From Nitrosopumilaceae archaeon (GTDB lineage: Archaea > Thermoproteota > Nitrososphaeria > Nitrososphaerales > Nitrosopumilaceae): DNA of 64,000 nucleotides. The stretch's first letter is position 1. Each line of letters starts with the position of its first letter. Where the stretch lies: the NCBI GenBank assembly GCA_965207375.1, contig CBDBMG010000003.1:288001-352000 (forward strand), given 5' to 3'. The notes under the pieces are model-generated. The model saw nothing but the letters and a program-made list of their open reading frames with translations. It searched no databases and was not told where the DNA came from. Shown one piece after another: positions 29,601-42,344 of the stretch. The position numbers and the translations under genes are program-made.

Positions 29601-31388
29601 CAAGGGTTGCAGACTGCATGAGTAGCTTAACTAGCTACCACTGATTTTAGCAAAATGCAAAGGATTGTAATTCCTTTGTCATTTTGTAAACTGTATTAGT
29701 GCTACTCAAATAGAACAGTCAGCTATTTATACCTGTCCTGATTTTGGCCTGTACCCTGGAGACAAAGCTCATAGCGGAGATATATATTCATTCAAATGTT
29801 CTAGCTATCTCATTCATTCTTCACTCAGGCTATTGCTCTGGATAGGTGGCAGGCACAGACTACAGGACCTGGCCAAACAAACCTCCATGTTTCACTAGCT
29901 TACTCTCTAACAGTCATGGCCAATTTTTTGGGCCCACTTTCTGTCTTAGAAGAAATTTTTGTTTGGATTAATTTCTTTTGGATAATTGATTGAAACTCAG
30001 AATGAAAAGTGGTGTTTTCCCTATGTGATATCCCATTTCTTGAAGATTATGGAGCACTTGTCCATAACATTACAATTTTTGCCTTCCACTATAGCACGTT
30101 CAACACGATGGCCATTATAAAGTAGACCTTCACCCAACAACTTTTCCCAGTGCATGCCCCACGTGAGTTACTCAACATGGTTCAACTGGCAAATATTTAT
30201 GTATACAAGAAGTGTACCTTTGTTGAGGCCATTGCTAAATGCTGCAGTATTCCATTCAGTGCTGGAATAAATATTATAACACTTACTTTTTGTAGGTGCT
30301 GTTTGGTGTGATTCTTTTGAGATATACAACTGCTAAAATCAGTTTCACAGTGTACTGACACATTCAAAATAAAGATATATAATAGCCTATTTGAAACTCA
30401 AAGTATTACTAGGAACCCATGAGTATAGAAGCAAGGGGAACATTAAAATGCAGATACTGTTTACGTGCATGTGGAATCATATCATTATAGTGAGTTGTAA
30501 AACCGTATGTTACCATTTTGGGTACTATATATGCTACATAAAAACTATCAGCCACATGGTAGCTATGCATTAGAGGGCATACTTTGTATACCTGTGAGAA
30601 GTTCATTGATATGTTCAGTAACAAACAGCAGCAATATTGTATGTTAAAATGTTATTTCAATATACAGTTATGATTACACAAGTACAACCTGCATAACAAA
30701 CACTCCACAATAACTCCAACTAAACTGCTGTGCATATTTGCAAACGCATGGTGACATGCTACAATATAATTATACTTTTGGTATAGTGAATTGGCATTCA
30801 TTCCAATTGAAAGGGGATGACCCCAGAAGTACTCCTTGGAACTCTCTACAAGTTAAAACACCATATGTTTATTTATGCCCTCCAACACATACACAAGCTA
30901 CATAGCTCCACATAATTGCACCGGATTCAAAATAAATGCATGAGTCTGGTCTCAGTGAATCATAATAATCCATTGTGGGCTTAATTACCTTGAATTAAAA
31001 TAAATCATAGTTATGATGTACTTTAGGGGGTTAGCCGAGCGGGGTTAGCTGAATACCATAAATGTCCAGTGGTTGTAACCAGGGTTTAAGTACCATAAAA
31101 CGACATCTGTGCCAACTATGTCCTAGTAATGTTATGAGCAGCAATGTTAAATTTAACGTCACCTTCAGGCCTGTTCTCCCAAAACTTTGCTGCTTCCCTG
31201 TGTCCCTTTTTAATGAATGCATCAAGATATTGATTTGACATTGCCTCAATTTTGCTTAATATGGCCCATATTCAAGGTGATGCAAATGCTGAATACTTTA
31301 ATGACATCACTAACCTGTTTAGCTGTAGACACAAAAAAGACACTTTTGGGTCGGGCGTATGGCATGCTGTTTGTAACAAAAATCCTAA

Positions 31389-31570
31389 CTTAGAAGGACT
31401 CCTTCTAATCTTACAAGGACTCCTCATAGCTTATAAGGACTCCCGGTAACGTTACAGCGACTCCTCCTAAGAAAAAATTACAAGGAGTCCTCCTAAGCAA
31501 GTTCCTTACAAGGACTCCTCCTATCTTACAAGGACTTCTCCTAACAAGCCAAAGACTCCTTCTAAAATTA
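31389..31570. repeat. Degenerate ~21-26-bp tandem array (TTACAAGGACTCCTCCTAA)
   Basis: About 8 units seen directly, with short variable linkers. Confidence 0.85.
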
Positions 31571-31597
31571 CATAATTCCTAATGCGGCGCTACCGAG

Positions 31598-32803
31598 GGT
31601 GCTTATGCAAGAGATTCGTTTTCTGATAAAGATTTGAAAGTTGGTAAGTTGTTGAGGATTAATTGTTGGCTATAGGAGGTGAGCAAAATACACGTGCATG
31701 TTATCGTATTAACCCACACTTCACCATAGTAATCATGTGGCTACACGGATCTGTGGTAAATTACAGGCAATGGCAGGGGATAGGTACATACTAATAAACA
31801 TACTCTAATAGAGCAATCTAATACTCTAATAGAGCAATCTAATACTCTAATAGAGCAGTCATTTACCACAAGTTGTAAAATATAATGCGAGTTACTCATG
31901 ATCATAAACTAGCATATGTATATATACATGATAATATTGTTCCTCCGCCACTGATCCACTGATTGGAGGTGGTTTTGTGTGTGGCACTCCATCAAACCTT
32001 GCAAAATTGTACGGACACTTAACTGGAAGTTATTAATGGTATTACAGATTGTACGTACCTGTATCACATGTGATGAGTATTTCATAGATTATTTAGTGCT
32101 AGGCTAAAATTTTAAATATGGCTTTCTAACCCACAATCAATAAAGGCCTAAGTGTGATTTTCTTTTCTAAGCTTTCTATACTATGCTTTCTACCATCGCT
32201 GCTTGAAACTTATTTGTTGTTTCATCAATGATGGATATGTAATATTATTTAATTTTGTGAATGGAGCTGTTTTAAACTCACAGTACTACTGAGTCTATTT
32301 ATATTTGGCTGTTGGCACAGGTTGCTACCTTCACACCATCAGTATCATCAGTAGTATTATAATATCTATCCCGCATGCTTCTGCCAATAGTGAGATCAAT
32401 GCAGCTTCAAAAATTCCAATAGTATCATGCCAGCAGAGGTCCTTAGTGCTTCTCCATGCAACCATTTGTGGCAGCCTGTAGCTACCATTGTGAAATTATG
32501 CATGGGTATCACATTATATTTACAAAACTTGCTGCTCTATTAGAGTATTTGACTGTTCTATTAGAGTATGCATGTTTATTATATGTTGTGATTTTGAGAA
32601 GGGTTGAAGCCCCTCTATCCCCCTCCCTTCCCTGTAATTTATCATAGGTTCGCATAGCCACATGATTATGGTGTGTTAATACGAATAGCACGTGTATTTT
32701 GGGGGGCCCACTGTATTTTGCTCACCTCCTACCGGTATATATCGAGCCAACAATCCTCAACAACGCGCACTACCAAAACGAATTCGGCTCTCGCATAAGC
32801 GCC
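31598..32803. mobile_element. Non-autonomous TIR element with ~170-bp degenerate TIRs
   Basis: 31598-31767 (GCTTATGC..TAGGAGGTGAGCAAAATAC..AATCATGTGGCTA..TAAATTACAGG) is the reverse complement of 32632-32803. Confidence 0.7.
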
Positions 32804-33347
32804 AATTATGTATGGTAAATGAATCTATTATATTTTTATGTGTAGCATACATACCGTAGTATGTCACGCAACGTCCTTTTCCTTTCTCCCTAGTTCACCT
32901 CCCAAACTCCGTAAAATAACAATCTGGGTAATAGACTAATATTTTCAATTATACAAACGAAATCAATCTAAGCAAAAAATTGGCTCCTCACTCGATACAC
33001 TACATGGGAAATGGGTACTGAGGAAACCCATGATCATACCGTAGCTATATGTAGTGCTCATAGATACATAGCTATAGTCTTGATACTTAGCCTCGGTGGA
33101 TCAATAAGTGCACGTCGGTACCGGACGACGTTCTGAAAATTTACAGGACGTAACCCAGTTTGCGCATAATATAAGAGTAGCCAGGCAGTACAATCACTAT
33201 CCTATTGGTTTATCGATATCCACTATCGTGGTTCATGATGCACATATTATGGCAGTGATAACGCTTCATAGTTTAGGACATAAGTATATATATAGTTTAC
33301 AAGAAGAGAAGAGTAAAAAACAGAAGGCAAAAATGCAGGACAATGAT

Positions 33348-33490
33348 CGTATTTACTAAATCGGACGTCTGAATTACTAAATCGGACGTCGTATTTACTA
33401 AATCGGACGTCTGATTTACTAAATCGGACGTCTGATTTACTAAATCGGACGTCTGATTTACTAAATTGGATGTCAGATTTATTAAATGGG
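33348..33490. repeat. 21-bp tandem repeat (CTGATTTACTAAATCGGACGT), ~6.5 units
   Basis: Direct reading; head-to-tail with no spacers. Confidence 0.92.
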
Positions 33491-33758
33491 CCCTCATTTA
33501 TAATGGATTGTACTTCAATCATACAGAAAATTTGGTGGGAATTTAATTTGGCGTTTTGCCTTAACCTAAAATTAAAATTCCGCGAATTTTAAATTGGTAT
33601 TTGCTAAAGATATTTAATTGATAGCTACCAGGTAGCTATGTAGCTAAAATGCACCTAGTTAATTGCATACTCATACCATCAATACCATTGCTAGCTATGT
33701 AGCTATAGATACCGTATAGAAGATTATTTTCACTAGGTTTTAATTTTCGCTATGTGGC

Positions 33759-34471
33759 TAGGCCTGAGTCTATTATGCTCTGAAAATTGCCTATTATGCT
33801 TTTTGGCATTGCTCCAATTTTGTACCTATTATGCTAGATTTTATGCTACTCCACAGTCAATTATGCTACTAATAATACACAGTTTAATACAAAACCCTGC
33901 CTAAAATCTGACCTGTTCACAGCATGGTAGTTGTTATAATCATTTTAGCAGTGCCTAATATAATATGTGACATAGTCTGACAAAACCAGTCTTATCACCC
34001 GAAAATACACCCATGTGTATAATTATATATCTATCTCTTGTTCTGTGTATGCTATTCAAATTCTGTAAGTTTTATTGAATTGCTTAGGAGTTTCTGCATA
34101 CATGGTGAAGCTTGTGCTAAAATGTTGTGTTCAGAAAAGAGTTATTAAACTTGAAAGACTCAAAATTAACTCAAAACTTTTATGGCAATAAGACTGGTTT
34201 TGTCAGACTGGGTCACATATAGCTACTTTAAAGGAATTGTAGAAGCTATAGCTTATTGAATTGTTAAGCATTGGCTGGCAGTGGAGTAAGTGTATTTTAT
34301 AGTTTTTAGACTGTAAAAATGTTGCAATTAAGTTTAAATATGTGGCGCTTGCGTCCACATCCGCAAAATCATCTCTATTATGCTAGCATACCTATTATGC
34401 TGACATTATGCTTGATGCTTTTGCATACCTATTATGCTAAAAATTATGCTAGCATAATCGACTCAGGCCTA
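33759..34471. mobile_element. hAT MITE, 8-bp TSD TATGTGGC
   Basis: TAGGCCTGAGTC..TTATGCT / AGCATAATCGACTCAGGCCTA; TATGTGGC on both flanks; ATTATGCT subterminal repeats. Confidence 0.85.
33966..34217. mobile_element. TGTGAC-family MITE nested in the hAT MITE
   Basis: TA|TGTGACATAGTCTGACAAAACCAGTCTTAT...ATAAGACTGGTTTTGTCAGACTGGGTCACA|TA. Confidence 0.85.
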
Positions 34472-35046
34472 TATGTGGCTAAAATTTTAATCTACAATAC
34501 AAATTCAATGGAAAACATCACCAAAAACGTGAAAATAAAAACCTGTGAATATTTTTATCAGTGACAAACCAGCTATAGTTATAATTATATGCTTAGAGGT
34601 AATAAGCTAATGTCAAAATTATGGGCCATAATTAAGGGTTTTGTTAGCTATCTTCTAACCACAGGATGATCACTTCAGGTTGGAGCCCTAGAATAGTGAC
34701 TTTTACATTATGGCGGTATATCAACACACTAGCTATAATAGTATGGTAACGTCAGACTCTCAACATCATAATTATACCCATGCATATGGCATGGTTGCCA
34801 TGGTATCACTATATAGGTACGTATATTAATATTCGCATGGTACCAGTGCACATCATACTAGTTATAGCAAATATTATGGTATGATGAGAACCCGCATGGC
34901 CATAAGTTAAGCTTGTCAGCACTATATATATAGTACGTAGCTAGCTATGAATAACCATGTGCACTCTCATGTTTAGAGCATCCCTTTAGTAGCTACTATC
35001 ACAGTTAATAGCTATATATATATATATATATATATATTACTCACAG

Positions 35047-35740
35047 TTGTGGAGACCCCATTTGATCAAAGGCATCAAATTACTTCAGCACAGGGCAACC
35101 AAATACATGCCGAACAATTATGAACTTTCACACAAGACACGACTTAAACAGCTGCACATGCCTACCACTCATGTACACATGATACGAGCTTAACTACTTA
35201 ATGTTCTTCATCAAATCCCTGAAATTTCCATCCCTCATATTTTGACATTAAAACATTCAATTTGCTAACCATGATAAAAATTAGTATGTATACATCTCCT
35301 CCTCACACCAGAGCTCATTCTGTAACAGGATCATCAGACTGTGGAATTCTGTGCCTGTATACGTGATTGACCTGTTACTATCAATGGATACTATTAAGAT
35401 AATAATACAACTTATTGATTTTCTGTGTTCTAAATTCACTGTTAACTTCTTACCATCTTGTGTGCCCTTGTAATCATATTGTTCCAAGCTACCAGTTGTC
35501 ATATGTTACCACCCCTTGTCCAACTCCAGAACAATATATAATCATGTACATTAGCTATATGTATATGTTTATAATTGGTCTACCAGCTACTTTGTTGAAA
35601 CATGTAGCTAATATAGCTAGATTTATAACCTTTAAGTTAGCTTAATTGAGCTGTTGGCAGCACTTGCCACAGCTCTCAGCCCAGTAACTGTTTTTGTTAA
35701 ATATAAACACTTATAGCTATTCAACACTATAAATCTATAC
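35047..35740 (+). mobile_element. CR1-type LINE 3' remnant (decayed ORF2 C-terminus)
   Basis: Reads WRPHLIKGIKLL..QHRATKY..NNYELSHKTRLKQLH..LPLMY..LMFFIKSL and later HLVCPC, with frameshifts. Confidence 0.7.
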
Positions 35741-38700
35741 TTTATATATACCTATAGCTACCTGGTGCTGTAAATATAATAATAATAACAATAGTATATG
35801 CATAAGCTATAGCTATAGTTGTACATGTCCATTACAATAGTGCATAACTACAGAACATAATTAATGTATTTGCTATTTGGCTGCTCCAATCTGCTGTCTG
35901 TATAAGCCATAAAATCATCATCATTTAATTAAGAAGAGTGTTTAAATCAGAAAGGTATAATGATATAGCACTACTGTATTCAAAAATATAGCATGGTATC
36001 ATTACATGTCTAACTACTTACTATATAGTATGATTACATCACTACCTACATGTCAACACTATATATATGACCTGCATGGTAACACCATCAACATCATCTG
36101 TATACAAGTCTATGATATAACACCACTGTAGCTATTTCAAAACTATATGGCAATGTCACTTCATGCAAAATTTGGCATATGTAGTATAGCTATCAACTTG
36201 AGCATGCATAATTATAGCCTAGTTCATGTCAACTTTGCATGGTATGGTACCATTCCATGTCAATGCCATATATAGCATCATTGCATGTATAGCAATACTA
36301 TAACTGATGATATGTAACCACAGCATGTCAACTCTTTGGTAAGGTATATAATTATAACCGTATGCATCATATGTGGTACCACTGCATGTGGTAGCTATAC
36401 CATTGTGGCATAGTTACTGTAACAGTTTAACATGTGTGGTAGGCTTTACAGCACAGCTTTTTAAATAAGACTCCATGCAGATGTCATGCATGTAGTTCTG
36501 TAATGAACAGCTAAAACAACCACACCATGGCACGGTAGCACTTCATGCCAACAGTATGGCATATTATGACTACATGTCAACATCTGACTGTGACATACTA
36601 ACATAGTATATGAACTACATGTCAACACTCTGGTATATATGGTAACGTGTCAACACATTTAATTAATGAATGCGTTATTAGAGTATTTCAATAAACTTGA
36701 ATGTTTTATTAGAGTGTATTGGTATACCTTGACTGTTTTATGAGTGTCATATAAACAAATGAAGCAATAAGCTAGCATTATATGCAAGTCTACTATGGTT
36801 ATTGATAGTATGCTGGCATATTTCGGACGCATGCAAGCAGGCCTACCATGCCTATAGTTGTGTGAAAATAGGGGAGGTAAAGAGCACCACATTTTCTGAA
36901 AGCATTTCTAGCAAAATTTTGAGCATAATTGACTCAGACCTATAGTATGCAGTTATCACTATAGGTCTCCGCACTGTGCAATGCTAGCAGTGCATATCAA
37001 CACCATGGTAAAGTAAAGCTATGCTGCAATGGTGACTGTTTTATTAGAGTATATTGATGTTTGATAATATTTTAGCCAGCAAACTGCTATTATGCTGGCA
37101 TAATCGGTGGGTCCCTACTTTGCTAGTGACTGATATACTCTAATAGAACAGTCACCATTCCAATAATATTGTTGTGGACTGTTTATTGTCTATAGCTACC
37201 ATAATGTAAAAGTTGTTCATAGCTACTATAAAATGTGTAGATATATAGCTACTAAGTCTATTTAACATGCCATAGTGTTGACATGCAGTGTTATCCATAC
37301 TATGACAGTGTTGAGATGTAGTGGTAACATCCATGCCTTGTACAGTGTTACCATGCTTACCATGCCTTGGTGATATGCAGTTTTATCATCCCTTGGTGAT
37401 ATGCAGTGTTACCATGCCTTGGTGTTGATCACAGAACTAATGAAAAAGTTGTAGCTACATAATAATCTAAGGAAAGCTGCCTGAAACACAAACTTTCCTG
37501 CATATAGGAAATGTGCACAAATGCCACAAAACATCTGGGTACAGGAAATGTGTATGATAAGTCATCCTTCCTGAGTGCAGAACAGGTATAGGCAACTATT
37601 GCCTGATATTGAAATTTCTCCAAGTAAATGTGCACAATTATAGTAGCTACATGTCATACGTGTGAAAATATCCCTATGGTATATGTGAAAATTCCCATAC
37701 TTGCAGGACATACCACCTGAAGCTGGTCACAACAAATTGAGAACAACAGTAATAGTACACACATACAAAATATTTCAGCATAAATATCCAATTTTCTTTG
37801 CAGATTTGTCAAGTTGGAGAGACATGTTCAGCACGTAGCAGCAAATGGCTGAAATTAAATCAATAACTGGATCCATGCAGTAAAAACCATGGGTCACTAA
37901 CCTCAAGGATGATCACCCACGTTAAAGACACCTGTGAAAAGAACTCCTCTATCCTTTAGAGTGCCGTAACCATTAACCTGGAAAAATATAGAACACATCT
38001 GTAGGAAATTTCCCCCTTCCTTTAGTGTCATGTGTCACGTATGAATTAACAGTATCTAAAATTTTAACACTAAAATGCTATATTGTAATGGTTAGCTAGC
38101 TACTTATTGAAGAGAGATCATTTTAAAAGCTATGATGGGTTTTCGCCTTATTTAATGCACGCTATAAGTAAGTTTACCAACATTATAACGCATGGATATA
38201 ATGTTTGCGAGCTGAAACGCAGAGAAGAATGGCTTACTGTAAATGGTAAATACAAAAATTGAAATTTACTTATTCCGCTATTCCGTTATTCCGTATTCCG
38301 CGGAATACAGCTTCCCTCCACTGTGCCATGGAGTTTCTTTTCATCCTTCAGTATATTCCTTTTTTTCTATTTCCTTTAAAAAGGTGAAACAATTACAAAA
38401 GAAGGTGTCAATGAACTTACACCTTTGTCACACAAAAACAGCCACTTTGCACACATGATATAATTAGCATTGTGCCCACCGTTAGTACTATTAACAGATG
38501 AATGTTTTTGTGTGTACTCTATTACATCGAGAACCTATCAAGTGTTACTAAGTGTAACGACAGCTTTATAATGCTTGTGATATGATTATCAGAGAACATT
38601 TTCCTTTAGCAACGTGAGTTTCATTATATTACGAAGTAGATATACTTATAATTATCAACTGTCCTTAGGGTTATGTACCATATACCTTAAGATAATGATA

Positions 38701-39546
38701 CAATAACTTTAGCGAGTAGCTCCAATATCACTGATGCTAATTATAATAAGCCAGTCAGTGATGATTGGTGACTGCACTATTAGAGAGTATCAACACTAAA
38801 TCCACAATGCTAACTTTATTGTGTCGTTAACATTACTTGGCTTAAGGTATGTGTGCACATGCATACTACAGATGACCTTTAGTCACACTAACACTACTGT
38901 CACCATTACATTCAGTTAAGCTCTGTTACTCTCTTTACTTACATCAAACAAAATAACTAGCTCAGTCACAATAAAACACTGTGCTCTGTTAAACTACATC
39001 AGCATTAGTAATCCTTTAAATGTTACCAATCTAGCTACTGCAAAGAATTCCTCTTTGAGCATATATTGCTAAGCTACATGCATAGAGTAGTGCGGTATGT
39101 ATACACATTAGATTATCTGTACATACACTTCACATTATGTATTTACACATGTGTATATGCATATACGTACATACCTCATGTATAGTAAGGATATGTAGGA
39201 TCAGATTTAGCAGTAATTCCTGACAGTATCTGTTATCACTAATTAATGAAAGGATACTTGTCAACACTCAGAATTTTTATCCCCAAATAATCGTCAGCAG
39301 ATATCGATTCCTATGCATTAATATTAATAATTCATACCTAACAGTAATTAGTCTTGTCAGCTAGTACATGTGTATGTACATTAGTATGACATAAATTTTC
39401 TATCCATAAAGAATTCCTACAGAATAAATTTTAGGATTGATCCATAAAGCAGATACTCTTAAGCTAACAATTACTTATTTCAGTGATATCACAAGGAAGT
39501 TATGTACATGGCTAGGAAGCATCATATGTACATAACAATGCATACC

Positions 39547-41397
39547 TGTAAGGGAATATTCTTTAGCCCTTCCAAAAACGCGCACAAGTGTTGGGGGACA
39601 CTTCAGTAAATACTGTTATTTAAGTTGTCTCTGTTAACTTAACTGAGCTCCCATATATCCCATCCCACACAGGACTCTTCTCTTGTAATTCGCTCGCTTG
39701 CACTTCCAGCTGTTTCAGTAATAGTGCGCTCTATTTAGAACTAGATTGCGCATTAATTGAAACAGAGGAGTGGTGGCGCTAACAAGGGATCTTGTCAAGG
39801 GCCGCACGTGTTTATCAGCCTCCAAGGATCTTGTCCAAGGGAATATGAAGGCACATGGAGCAGGGACTCTGGTTAGAGACAATAATTCTCAGAGCGAAGT
39901 GAACAAAAAGTTAGTGTTAGATATTAGTGTGTGTACTGGCAGGTTTGATTTATACACTTCTAGTAAATATAATAAGTTTGAGCTAAGAGATGAGCAGAAG
40001 TGTAAAGGATAATTAGCTCATTTCTAGTTGGTATTTTACATGTAGTCAGGTGCAGTACAAGTTTTTATGTATCTCTTTATGGTTTATACAAGTTCTTGTG
40101 TATTTGTATAGCTTTATATCATGACAATTGTTGCTTTTGATTTTTGAAAACAGCATACGTAGTTTAAGTCACCAAAAGTTGTCCAATGTTTTGTACGAAC
40201 CTTCATTTGAAACAGTGGTGCAAGTTTTGTACAAACATTTTATGAGATCTAGCAAATTGAATTTGAAAAAGTGTAACCCGTCAATCATAAGCATCCAATG
40301 TGTAAAGCTCAAATGATTGTTGCCTAAGGCTATAGTAGCTTGTATAATATGCTATTGTTTACAAATACGTATGTCAGCTATGATCATGAACTTGTCTTGT
40401 GTTAAGGTTACGGTATATTCAGTAAATTGTTTCATTGGCGCTATTATTTAACTCCTTTAAAAGTAGCCTTCTTGTATTTTGTTTCAAGTGCCTTCGTCAC
40501 CGCCTTTAAAGTACTGTATAAAGAATCTATAGAGACTGTTAAAAGGCCATCAACTAAGCCTCCAACGGAGAAAGGTGATGAAAATGGCTTTCGAACTTGC
40601 CGCCATTTCTTGTAACAACGGCCAAGGTAAGGACAGTTTTAAGGCAGTAGCCTTAATAAGATATATGTTTTTGAGGGCCTGTGGAAGAGTTTTTAGCTCT
40701 TAAGCTGCTATAATCGGTAGTTAAAACAATAATTATCTCCCTGCTGGCGCTTTGCACAACCTTATTGAAACTTTTGTCGCTTATAAAATCCATCCCTATA
40801 GTTGTACGCCTAAAAGCTCTTCCACAGGCCCTCGACAATATATCTCTTATTAAGGCTAAACCCTTACGACTGTCATAACCTTAGCTGTTATCAGGAAAGT
40901 GTCGAAGGGAAACCATTGCCAATTAGCCCTCACTTTGCTTTGTTCGTTTAATGGCCTATCAATGGTGTCTATACACTATTTATACAGTACTTTAAGGGTG
41001 ATGATGAGACTGCTTGACACAATACACAAGAAGGCTGCCTTTAAATATAACAAAAATTAGCGCCAATAAAATTATTTATCGATTATACCATAACCTTAAG
41101 ACAAGTCATTAGCTTGACACTTACACTTTGCAGACCACAGTTTTCAGATTATACCTTACGGGTTCAATTCACAAGTTCTTGTAAATTTCTGTATGGTGCA
41201 TGTAAGGAAGTGACCTTTGCGTTGTCTAATGACAGAAATATTATTAGGTTATGTGTCGCAATCACCATTGCAAATAACATCATTTAAAAAACGAGTTTAA
41301 CTAGTTATTGTATTGTTATTGATTTAGGCGGGAACTTGTATTGTTTTTAACATTGTTATTGAATTGTGAACCAGCGCTAGTGGTGTCTGTAGCGACA
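39547..41397 (+). mobile_element. Putative 5' LTR of a Bel/Pao retrotransposon (interrupted by a Kolobok-like MITE)
   Basis: Ends ...GCGACA immediately before the PBS. The start at TGTAAGGG (39547) is a guess because no second LTR is present. Confidence 0.45.
40406..41095. mobile_element. Kolobok-like foldback MITE, TTAA TSD
   Basis: TTAA|GGTTACGGTATA...TATACCATAACC|TTAA; imperfectly palindromic along nearly its whole length (e.g. GAGGGCCTGTGGAAGAG / CTCTTCCACAGGCCCTC). Confidence 0.75.
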
Positions 41398-41399
41398 TT

Positions 41400-41417
41400 T
41401 GGTGCCGAAACCTGGGA
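41400..41417 (+). promoter_or_regulatory. Primer-binding site, tRNA-Phe
   Basis: TGGTGCCGAAACCTGGGA is 17/18 identical to the complement of the eukaryotic tRNA-Phe 3' end (TGGTGCCGAAACCCGGGA), 2 nt after ...CA. Confidence 0.85.
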
Positions 41418-41562
41418 ATAGTGATTTGAGACTGTTACTTGGGGACCTCGCCTTCATCGCATGTTGAAGTTGTGGTACCGTGGCATATTAACAGTACCAC
41501 AGAAGGCGAGTGGATTTGAATCCTAGACATTTTGTTCTTTGTTTGAAATTTTACAGGTCGAA

Positions 41563-42340
41563 ATGCCAGTGATTTCGACATTGAAAAGTTCTTGCACCAG
41601 AGAAAAAAAGTGCTAAACAGAGAAACAGCAGAAGCAGATGAACTGATACAGACAGAATTGAGTGATAATCCGCGAGACATGTTGAAGCTTACTTTGTCTA
41701 TAGGCAAGGTATTATTGAATTTGGAAACAAAACTCACGAGGTTGGAAACCGCAAATGACAAGTTAGCGGAAGCATATGAGCAAGCTGGGGAGACGGAAGC
41801 GGCTGAGCAATTTCAGACCACATTGGATGAAGAGAGCGAATTGATTGATGACACGATAACTAAGATTTCGCGATTGAAACTTTTGAAAGAAGAGTTAGAG
41901 AAAAGACGCAGAGAGTCAGAAAGGTCGCCAAACCAAAGCTTGGTGCAAAGAGTTACAGAAGTACAGGAACAGATAAATCATTTGCAGTCCACACAATCAG
42001 TTACCAGTCTAGCTGGTATTTGGTCTCAACACCCTACTGAAGGACCTATAAAACCACCCCAACTTGATATCCCAGTGTTCAATGGCAATGTACTAAAATG
42101 GCAAGAGTTCTGGGATGCATTTGAAGCAACAATTGATAAAGGCAAGTATTCATCAGTTGATAAGATGAATTATTTGAAGTCCAAGTTAACTAAGGAAGCG
42201 CTAGATGCCATCTCAGGGTACCAGTTGTAGAACAGCAATTACGTATGAAGTAGTGGTGGATATATTAAAAAGAGGTTTGGCAATGTCCAGTTAATTATCG
42301 ATGCACATTATCGGAGTCTATCACATCTCCCTCCAAGCAA
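41563..42340 (+). pseudogene. Bel/Pao gag (DUF1759-type) N-terminal fragment
   Basis: Coiled coil, then PPQLDIPVFNGNVLKWQEFWDAFEATID..DKMNYLKSKL, then out of frame YEVVVDILK..RFGNVQLIIDAHY. Frameshift after MPVISTLKSS, stop at 42230, truncated by a HINE copy. Confidence 0.85.
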
Positions 42341-42344
42341 TTAA

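Noticed and set aside
31389-31570. CRISPR-like array
   Set aside because: Linkers are only 0-7 bp and the repeats are degenerate; better read as subterminal repeats.
33348-33490. CRISPR-like array
   Set aside because: Units are contiguous with no unique spacers, there are no cas genes, and the context is eukaryotic.
38229-38245. ATGGCTTACTGTAAATG|GTAAAT as first coding exon of the ankyrin gene
   Set aside because: Too short, and its phase (2) does not match the phase-0 ankyrin exons.
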